Positions 19,909 through 27,903 of a stretch of 64,000 bases of DNA are shown piece after piece. A program made the translations under genes and the position numbers. The DNA comes from a virus. How positions within the stretch are numbered: the stretch's first letter is position 1; each line of letters begins with the position of its first letter. The DNA lies in IMG/VR virus record IMGVR_UViG_3300028610_001991. The stretch is one strand, 5' to 3'. The notes under the pieces were generated by a model, which searched no databases, was not told where the DNA came from, and saw nothing but the letters and a program-made list of their open reading frames with translations.

Positions 19909-22461
19909 GTGGCAGAACTAAAACTTTGGAATAAATTAGAATCAGGTACAAGTGAGGTCGGTGTAGATGGCTCAGTTACAGGAGGTACGTTTGTTCCGGC
20001 TAAATACAATAATGGATTTCAAATAGATGCTATTAGTGAGTATATAGATTTTAGTATAGTTCCTGATGAAGATTACGGAGCTATAGAGTTATGGTTTATG
20101 CCATCTTTTTCAAGTACCGATACTACAAACAGATATATTGTGGACAGATCCGATGTAACTACTAGGGTAGGATTTAGGTGGGATTCTACTTCTATGTTTA
20201 TAGTGCAGCACGGTGGTGTAACTGTTTCTGCAAACCCTGTATCCTTTTTAGCTGGAGATTTATTACACTTAGCTGTTGTTTGGGATGTTGACGGTATAGA
20301 AGGTTCTGCAGATACATTACGATTTTATTATAATGGTATATTGCTCGGTAGCACAACTTCAGTGTTGAGTTCACTAGCTCAAACAGATATAAGGGTAGGT
20401 ACTGATCAGGCAAATGCATTGTATGCTAACGGTGTAATAGATAATTTAAAAATGTATGATTATGCTAAGACTGATTTTTCAGATAGATTTTGGGAAGGTT
20501 ATTCTCCTGTCACAGAGCAACAATTTGATCGGTTAGATAAAGCACCCGCAGTGTTGGAGTCTACTTCTTATCTATCCGGTAAAGAGATCGAAGTACCGGA
20601 ACCAGATCATTATTGGAAACTTGATGAGGTTAGTGGAGATAAAGTAATTGATTCTGGAAAAAATCAAATTAATGGAATAAATAGTAGAGTAGCTGTTAAT
20701 CAAGATGGTTCTTATTTATTTGATGGTACCTCTGGTTATATAAATATAGCAGTTTCTGATATACCTATAGGAGCAGAGGCAAGAACTACTATTGCATGGA
20801 TTCAAGCTTCAACTATTTCTGGATATGATACAATATTATCCTGGGGAACTGCTTCTGCTGATCAAATATGGACAATGTATTCAAATGCAGGAGATTTGAT
20901 ATTATCTATGTCTGGTACTAGTTTAACAGCTTCTAGTGTTATATCAATTGATACTTGGTATCATGTAGCAGCAACTTATGACGGTACAACAGTCAGATTA
21001 TATCTTGACGGTGTTCTTATAGGTACATTGGTTCGTACTATTAATACCGGTTCTAGCGATTTTCACATAGGTGTATATATTGATAAGTCTCAAGAGTGGT
21101 TTGATGGGAATATAAAGAATGTTAGTATATATAACCAAAATTTAAGTTTATGTCAGATAAAAACAATATATGAGCAGGAAAAAGCTGAGCTTATTGAATC
21201 AGATATACCAATACCAGAACATCACTATCTTCTTGATTCCCTTGCTATAGCAGATAAGGGTAAAGGTAGTTTGATACTGCCAGGTCATTATTATGCAATG
21301 GATGAAACAGAACAAACAGTCAAAGCATTAGATGGCGGGATATACCCAGTTATTGCAGCAATGAATAATACACCTGTTAGTGAGGTTGGTAAGTATGGAA
21401 AAGCATTGCATTTAAATGGTACTACTCAGTATGTTAGTGCTGTTTCTATAAGCATAGGTAAAAGTTTTACTGTGTGTGTTTGGGTAAAGGCAGATGGTAC
21501 TACCTGGAATGATAATGCAGTAATAGGCAGCGCAAGGGCAGCTAATGGTTATGTAATGAACTGCGGTACCGGAGTTACTACATTTGGCGCATATGTTTAT
21601 AATTCATCGGGGGGACCTATTCAGACGATGGTAGCTCAGGATATTGGATTTGTTAATCAATGGAGACATTATGCTATAGTTCATGATAATGATAATGATA
21701 AAACATATCACTATGTGGATGGTAAGTTACTTTATATATACAGCGGTGCTATTGTAAGAACAGTAGGGACAATTAGTCCGGAAATAGGAAAAGATTCTAC
21801 ATTCGCAAGATACCACGATGGTCTTATAGATGATTATAGATTATATGATAAAGTATTATCGCAGCAGGAACTAATTGCTGCTATGAATAATACAGATACA
21901 CGCCGTCTTGCTTATGGTACTCTTTCAGCCACACCTCCTACTCTTGTATATGATAGTGAGATTGGTGAGTGTTTGAGCTTTAATGGTACAAATAACAGTA
22001 TAGGTTGTGGTAATACTTGGAACTTTGAAAGTAATGAGAGTTTTGCTGTATCTGGTTGGTTCAAGATGGCATCCCCACCAGTAACTACAAGGGATGTAAT
22101 AATTTCAAATAAATTAGAAACAGGTTCTCCTACCAGAGGATGGGAAGTATTTGTGCAACATACATCCGGTAACTTAAGATTTAGTATAACTGGAGATACA
22201 GGTACAAGTATAGCAGTAGAGCCTGCCGTAGATGTTGCTGATGATACCTGGCATAGTTTTTATGCAGAATATGACGGTTCAGGAAAAGCTTCCGGGTTGC
22301 TTTTATATTTGGATGGCGTTAGGCTATCACAGACTATTGAGGCAGATAATCTTGCCGGTTCTATAGTAGACTCAGCTTCTGATGCGTCTATAGGCTCAAA
22401 TAACAATGCTGACTTTTACTGGAATGGAAGACTAAAAGATATGAGGGTATGGAATAAATGA
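19909..22461 (+). CDS. Multi-LamG (concanavalin A-like) virion protein 1
   Basis: GTG start. About four LamG units with HYWKLDE…WYHVAATYDG…LYLDG…FDGNIKNV motifs. Confidence 0.85.
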   Translation: MAELKLWNKLESGTSEVGVDGSVTGGTFVPAKYNNGFQIDAISEYIDFSIVPDEDYGAIELWFMPSFSSTDTTNRYIVDRSDVTTRVGFRWDSTSMFIVQHGGVTVSANPVSFLAGDLLHLAVVWDVDGIEGSADTLRFYYNGILLGSTTSVLSSLAQTDIRVGTDQANALYANGVIDNLKMYDYAKTDFSDRFWEGYSPVTEQQFDRLDKAPAVLESTSYLSGKEIEVPEPDHYWKLDEVSGDKVIDSGKNQINGINSRVAVNQDGSYLFDGTSGYINIAVSDIPIGAEARTTIAWIQASTISGYDTILSWGTASADQIWTMYSNAGDLILSMSGTSLTASSVISIDTWYHVAATYDGTTVRLYLDGVLIGTLVRTINTGSSDFHIGVYIDKSQEWFDGNIKNVSIYNQNLSLCQIKTIYEQEKAELIESDIPIPEHHYLLDSLAIADKGKGSLILPGHYYAMDETEQTVKALDGGIYPVIAAMNNTPVSEVGKYGKALHLNGTTQYVSAVSISIGKSFTVCVWVKADGTTWNDNAVIGSARAANGYVMNCGTGVTTFGAYVYNSSGGPIQTMVAQDIGFVNQWRHYAIVHDNDNDKTYHYVDGKLLYIYSGAIVRTVGTISPEIGKDSTFARYHDGLIDDYRLYDKVLSQQELIAAMNNTDTRRLAYGTLSATPPTLVYDSEIGECLSFNGTNNSIGCGNTWNFESNESFAVSGWFKMASPPVTTRDVIISNKLETGSPTRGWEVFVQHTSGNLRFSITGDTGTSIAVEPAVDVADDTWHSFYAEYDGSGKASGLLLYLDGVRLSQTIEADNLAGSIVDSASDASIGSNNNADFYWNGRLKDMRVWNK

Positions 22462-24818
22462 TACTAACACCAAGCCAGATTAAATTTTTATACGATAACG
22501 GGATCGCTACTACACCAACAGATTATAGACATGGGAAGTTCCATAAAGGTGTATTTGATTTATCTTATTATGGTTTACCTACGAATTGGCAGTTAATGTC
22601 AAGCAGTACTTTATCTGCATGGATAAAGGCTAATCCAGATGTAGTACGTGATGACTATCACATATTCGGAAATGATAAACTTGCGTTAGTTAGAAATGAT
22701 AGCAAGATAGCTGTAGTTCAAAACATCCCAGAGAGGCAGTGTATACTATGGAACAAGATGAAAGCTGCGGAAAGTGAAATTGGTCCAGATGGTGTTGTTA
22801 CTGGAGGAAGTTATGTAGCTTGTAAATTTAATAATGGTTTTCAGGTTGATGCTGATTCTGAGTATTTTACATTTAGTTCGATTGTTAATGGGTACGTTGG
22901 TTGTGTTGAGTTATGGTTAAAACCAGTTTCTTCTTTTGATGATGGTTCCACTGATAGATATATCTGGACATCAGTTGGTGGGGATACGTATTTATTTTAT
23001 GACGCAAGTGCTAATGCTTGGGTATTTACTATTGGAGGCCAGTCAGTATCACTTTTAGATAGTTCTGTACCGGATTCTACTTTAATACATATTGCAGCTT
23101 CTTGGAATTATTCTGAATCAAATAAAGCAATTGTTTTTAGGAATAGTGTTCAAGGAAGCGCTTTAACTACTGCTTATACAGTTCCAAACGATACTGATTT
23201 TCGTTTTGGAAATAGTAATGTAAATACAGACGATGCTCATGCAATTCTTGATAACATAAAAGTATGGAATTATGCAAAAACTGATTTTTCTGACCGTGAA
23301 GTAGAGGATGCAGCTAATTTTACTGAGGGAGACAATGGTATAACAATTCCGTCTGATAATCAATATTTTCATATTGGTTGTAGAATTAACGATGACCAAA
23401 CCTTTGATCTTTTTCTTGATGGTGTGAAGGTACATAGCTCAACTATGAAGATACCAGGTGAATGTTTTGAAGATATTGAAGAGAAGTTCTGGCCAGAGCA
23501 TTGGTGGAGGTTTGATGAGGGTTCTGGTACGGTTGCCTATGACTCTGGAAAATCGGGTGGCAAAAATGGAACCATTTCAGGTAGTCCTTCTCTTGGTCAG
23601 ATTGGCAAGAGAGGAAACTGTTTTGATTTTGTGGCAGCTAGTTCTCAATATGTAGATATAGGCGATGTAGCAACAAACATGAAGTCCATTAGTTTTTGGG
23701 CTAAGCTCGATAGTACTACAGAAGAACTAATAGCTTTATCAGGTGCAGTTCGAAGTATAGAAATAACAAGTGGCACTATTACAGCTACAGGGTTAACGTC
23801 TCCAGATATATATATAGATGGCGTGAAGATATCAACTTTTGCTGATACCAATTGGCATATGATAACTGTTACTACAGCGACAGCATTTGATCCTGATAAT
23901 ATGGATATAGGTAGAGTAGATACTACATATCTTGATGGTTTAATTGACGATGTAAGACTTTTTATTAATAAGTTATCTATTCAGGAAGTTCGTCAGCTTT
24001 ATGAATATACAAACAATTACTATTTTCCTCAACCAAGAATAAGTATAGGTGAAACCATTAGCGGAAGACTTGCTAAGTCACTTCATTGGTGGAAGTTAAA
24101 TGAGAGAAGCGGTCTTACTATTAAAGATTATGGCATAAGTAAAAATGATGGAGCTATAACAGGAGGAACAGTAAACCATCCAGGAAATTTTGGATCTAGA
24201 GTTTCAAGATTAGACGGTGGAACAGATCAGTTTTTAAGCACTTTTGTTTATGACCATACTAACTTTACTGTATCTTGGTGGATGTGTCCTGATGACACGT
24301 CTATAGCTAGTAATACTCTTGTAGCTGGAGATGACTGGACCAAGTTTTTATTTTATACAACTGTAGCAGCATCGCCTACTACAGGTTATATAGGTATAGC
24401 TACATCTGATAGAATTAACCCTACGAATTTTCCAACTCCGTGGATACATGCATATGAATGGCAGCAGATTGTTTTTGTGTATGATGGAACAAATGGGAAT
24501 TTATATAGAAATGGGCAGCTCTTATATGCTAAAGCGATGGCAGCCCCAACTGCTAGTTTTGCTAGATTTCTTGTAGGGAACTACGGTGGTGGAAATGAGT
24601 TTAGTGGTAAATTTTCAAATATAAAAATTTATGACTTTGATTTAACATTAGATGAAATACGTCAGTTGTATACTTTAGGAAGAACTTCTGATGGTGAAGT
24701 TTGCGATATACGTTATGACAGATTGGCTTTATCTGATGAAGAGATTAAGTTATTAGCTGAATCTAATCGTCCGACAGATTCCGATCAAAATTCTGAAGAG
24801 AGGTATATAAGATTATGA
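22458..24818 (+). CDS. Multi-LamG virion protein 2 (nested domains)
   Basis: Three complete LamG units are inserted into the fragments of a fourth. Confidence 0.85.
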   Translation: MILTPSQIKFLYDNGIATTPTDYRHGKFHKGVFDLSYYGLPTNWQLMSSSTLSAWIKANPDVVRDDYHIFGNDKLALVRNDSKIAVVQNIPERQCILWNKMKAAESEIGPDGVVTGGSYVACKFNNGFQVDADSEYFTFSSIVNGYVGCVELWLKPVSSFDDGSTDRYIWTSVGGDTYLFYDASANAWVFTIGGQSVSLLDSSVPDSTLIHIAASWNYSESNKAIVFRNSVQGSALTTAYTVPNDTDFRFGNSNVNTDDAHAILDNIKVWNYAKTDFSDREVEDAANFTEGDNGITIPSDNQYFHIGCRINDDQTFDLFLDGVKVHSSTMKIPGECFEDIEEKFWPEHWWRFDEGSGTVAYDSGKSGGKNGTISGSPSLGQIGKRGNCFDFVAASSQYVDIGDVATNMKSISFWAKLDSTTEELIALSGAVRSIEITSGTITATGLTSPDIYIDGVKISTFADTNWHMITVTTATAFDPDNMDIGRVDTTYLDGLIDDVRLFINKLSIQEVRQLYEYTNNYYFPQPRISIGETISGRLAKSLHWWKLNERSGLTIKDYGISKNDGAITGGTVNHPGNFGSRVSRLDGGTDQFLSTFVYDHTNFTVSWWMCPDDTSIASNTLVAGDDWTKFLFYTTVAASPTTGYIGIATSDRINPTNFPTPWIHAYEWQQIVFVYDGTNGNLYRNGQLLYAKAMAAPTASFARFLVGNYGGGNEFSGKFSNIKIYDFDLTLDEIRQLYTLGRTSDGEVCDIRYDRLALSDEEIKLLAESNRPTDSDQNSEERYIRL

Positions 24819-24889
24819 TTGGCTGTGTACTTATAGGAATAGCAGTAGTATTATTTATTATTGATTTTATACAGGATAGTAGAGTATGA
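24815..24889 (+). CDS. 24-aa hydrophobic micro-protein (MIGCVLIGIAVVLFIIDFIQDSRV)
   Basis: Not in the ORF track. It fills the gap exactly and has ATGA overlaps with both neighbours (24815-18 and 24886-89). Confidence 0.55.
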   Translation: MIGCVLIGIAVVLFIIDFIQDSRV

Positions 24890-27006
24890 GTAATTATGAT
24901 ATAAACTGGGAACAGTATTTTTTACCCGATCATCACTGGAAGCTTAACGAGGAGAGCGGTATAGCTGTTCCTGATTCAGGAAAGATACCGGCTTCTGATG
25001 GAGTAAATAATGGTCCTACTGATATTAATAGGATAGGCAAGGTTGGCAAATGTTATGAATTAGACGGTACAAGCAGTGAATATATAACTGTTGTAAATAA
25101 CGGAACATTTCAGCTTGGGTTTCATTTTACCTTTACCGCCTGGATTTATATGAACTCAGTTGCTGGAGCACCAAGGTTTATATCAAAGAGTGAGAGTGCT
25201 GGTGGTACTTCATATGATTGGTGGTGGCAGATGGCAGCTGGCCCAAAGCTTCATGCTGGTTTTGTAATGGAAGATGCAACTAATGTTAGTTACCTAAGCA
25301 CAGGTCAAACATTAGTTATTGGAAGATGGTATTTTATATGTGTAGTATTTACAGGGGATTTGATACACCATTACTTAGATGGTGAATTTGATGATTCTGG
25401 AATAAGTACGCCTGTACCAGGCAAAAGACCTCGAGACACTGCTGGGCGAGGATTTAATATATGTAGACTTTTTTCAGGTGTTCCTGATTACTATGATTTC
25501 AATGGAAAAATAGATGATGTTCGTATTTATAATGAGAAAGCATTAAGTGCATCTGAAATCAAACAACTATATGATTATACTAATAACTATCGTAACCAAG
25601 CACTTCCTATCGTACATAAACCAACACATGATAAATATACTAAGGTATATTGTACTTTTGATGGTGATTTACACGATGAATCAGAAAGAGAACATATAGT
25701 AAATCCTTTTGATGCGGCTCAACTTAGCAATGCTCAGAGTAAGTTTGGTACTGAGTCTGTTTATTTTGATGGGACTGGTAGCAGATTAGAAATACCGGAT
25801 AGCGAAGACTGGTATTTTGGCACTGATGATTTTACTATTGACTTTTGGATATACTTTAATACGCTGCCTTCCACCTCTAGTTGGACTAATCTTATAACTC
25901 AGCGAGTAGACGGCACTAATATGCTTCAGTTTTTCTATGACGGTAGAACGGCAAACCAGGGATTTGCCATGGATGTATATGATAGTGGTCTGGTTATTCA
26001 GGTAGCGGCAACTGGTAACCCAGTAAGTACAGGACAATGGTATCACGTTGCGTATGTTAGAAACGGTACTAATTTCCGCATCTATCTGGATGGTTTGATG
26101 GTGGAAGAAATTACAGATGCAGACTTGCTACCTAATCTGGCTGCTCCTTTACTTATAGGCAGGATGTCCATAGCTAATGGTACATATTTTGACGGATACT
26201 TGTCTGATTTTCGTATATCAAAAGGTATAGCTCGTTGGTTTTCTGATTTTACACCCCCAACAGCACCCTATGTGTCTACAAGATACATTAATCTCAGTAG
26301 AAATAGGCAAGATATAGTTACACAGTGGCCTGTACATTGGTGGAAATTAAATGAGACAGTAGGCATAGATGTTATTAATAGCGGATCAGCTGCTGTTTTA
26401 GGTGTTAATTCAAATGCAGGAATAGCACAGGAAGGCTATCATCAGAAAAAATGTTATAAGTTTAATGGAACTTCTAGTTACATTGATGTTGGTGATACAA
26501 ATACTAATATTAAATCTGTTGGGTTTTGGATATATGTCAATTCACTTACAGAAGATATTATGGATCTCGATGGAGGCACGCATACTATAGAAGTGACAAA
26601 CAGAACTATTACTGCTACTGGATTTGTTTCTCCTACAGTATATACAGATAGTGTAATAGCTTCAGATTTAACTATTGGTTGGCATCATATCTTTATTACA
26701 ACTGCTACTGCTATTGATGTTAATAATTTAGATATAGGTAAAGAGACAAATTATTTAGACGGGTATATGCAGGATGTACAGATGTATACTGAAGAGCTAT
26801 CATTTTCAGATGTATATCGTATTTATAAGTATGGATTACCTACAAATGCATTAGGCGATTATTGTGCCAAATATTATCCGACCTTATTGGAAAAAGGCCA
26901 GATAAAGGCTGTATCTCAGAATAGATTTACCGGTGCAGTATTACCAGAAAAGCTAAGATCGGTTGATCCCGACGAGGCTCTTATCATACAGCCAGGGAGT
27001 TTTTAA
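24886..27006 (+). CDS. Multi-LamG virion protein 3
   Basis: Three LamG units, including an ISKGIARWFSDFTPP-type unit. Confidence 0.85.
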   Translation: MSNYDINWEQYFLPDHHWKLNEESGIAVPDSGKIPASDGVNNGPTDINRIGKVGKCYELDGTSSEYITVVNNGTFQLGFHFTFTAWIYMNSVAGAPRFISKSESAGGTSYDWWWQMAAGPKLHAGFVMEDATNVSYLSTGQTLVIGRWYFICVVFTGDLIHHYLDGEFDDSGISTPVPGKRPRDTAGRGFNICRLFSGVPDYYDFNGKIDDVRIYNEKALSASEIKQLYDYTNNYRNQALPIVHKPTHDKYTKVYCTFDGDLHDESEREHIVNPFDAAQLSNAQSKFGTESVYFDGTGSRLEIPDSEDWYFGTDDFTIDFWIYFNTLPSTSSWTNLITQRVDGTNMLQFFYDGRTANQGFAMDVYDSGLVIQVAATGNPVSTGQWYHVAYVRNGTNFRIYLDGLMVEEITDADLLPNLAAPLLIGRMSIANGTYFDGYLSDFRISKGIARWFSDFTPPTAPYVSTRYINLSRNRQDIVTQWPVHWWKLNETVGIDVINSGSAAVLGVNSNAGIAQEGYHQKKCYKFNGTSSYIDVGDTNTNIKSVGFWIYVNSLTEDIMDLDGGTHTIEVTNRTITATGFVSPTVYTDSVIASDLTIGWHHIFITTATAIDVNNLDIGKETNYLDGYMQDVQMYTEELSFSDVYRIYKYGLPTNALGDYCAKYYPTLLEKGQIKAVSQNRFTGAVLPEKLRSVDPDEALIIQPGSF

Positions 27007-27173
27007 TGTCAGTAAAGTATTTCAAATGCAGAAAGTGTAGGAGTGTGTGTATCAGGCATACTGATAGTGAAAATATTATTTGTGATAGGTGCGCATTTAA
27101 CTCTGTCATGGTTGAAATATCTGTAGAGGAATTTCAAAGGTGTTTTATTAAACATGGATCGGGAGTAAAATAA
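27006..27173 (+). CDS. 55-aa zinc-ribbon protein
   Basis: Not in the ORF track. TAATG overlap with the upstream stop; sequence MSVKYFKCRKCRSVC…ICDRCAFN… with two CxxC pairs. The stop lies just before the GTG at 27175. Confidence 0.6.
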   Translation: MSVKYFKCRKCRSVCIRHTDSENIICDRCAFNSVMVEISVEEFQRCFIKHGSGVK

Positions 27174-27174
27174 G

Positions 27175-27903
27175 GTGGAAGGTAAAATAACAGTAATACC
27201 GAAGTTTGATTTAGATAACTATAATAACCTATACTGCGCACTGGAGGGTAACCTTAATGATGAATCCCGGTATAACCGTATAGTTACCTCTGTCGGTAAT
27301 AACGTATCTTTTAGTACGATACAAAGTAAATTCGGAAGCCGATCTCTTTATATTGACGGAACAGATTCTAATAGGCTAGAGGTAGATAACCGAGTTGGTG
27401 GTTTAAAAATGAGGCAGCAAGACTATACCATACATTTTTGGTGGTACAGAACGTCTATCATAGCAGACGAAAACTGCTTTTGTGAGATAGGTGATATTAA
27501 TGTAGGAGCAGAGAAACATATTTTATTCAGAACAAGTTCTACAGGTCAGGGAATTCAGCTGTATATTAATGGGACGGTAGGTTACATCATTAATAGTGCT
27601 TATACATTTTCTCTTAATCAGTGGTATCATATTGCTCTTGTAAGATCAGGCGGATTTACTACAGTTTATGTAAATGGTCTATTCGTTGCATCAGGAGCAG
27701 ACACACACGATATAAATCCTACAACTAGTAATGCATACCTTTTTTCTGCAGTTCATTCAACAACGCAAGTTGCTGAGGGTTATTTTTCTGATTTTGTTAT
27801 AGATAGAGGAATAGGGCGCTGGAACTCTAACTTTACCCCTCCTTCTAGATATTCTATAGAGGCATTATCTATTTCTAAACATGGAGAACATATAGTATTA
27901 TGA
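27175..27903 (+). CDS. LamG virion protein 4
   Basis: One LamG unit (WYHIALVRSG…VYVNG…IDRGIGRWNSNFTPP), followed by the apparent first strands of another unit. Confidence 0.8.
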   Translation: MEGKITVIPKFDLDNYNNLYCALEGNLNDESRYNRIVTSVGNNVSFSTIQSKFGSRSLYIDGTDSNRLEVDNRVGGLKMRQQDYTIHFWWYRTSIIADENCFCEIGDINVGAEKHILFRTSSTGQGIQLYINGTVGYIINSAYTFSLNQWYHIALVRSGGFTTVYVNGLFVASGADTHDINPTTSNAYLFSAVHSTTQVAEGYFSDFVIDRGIGRWNSNFTPPSRYSIEALSISKHGEHIVL

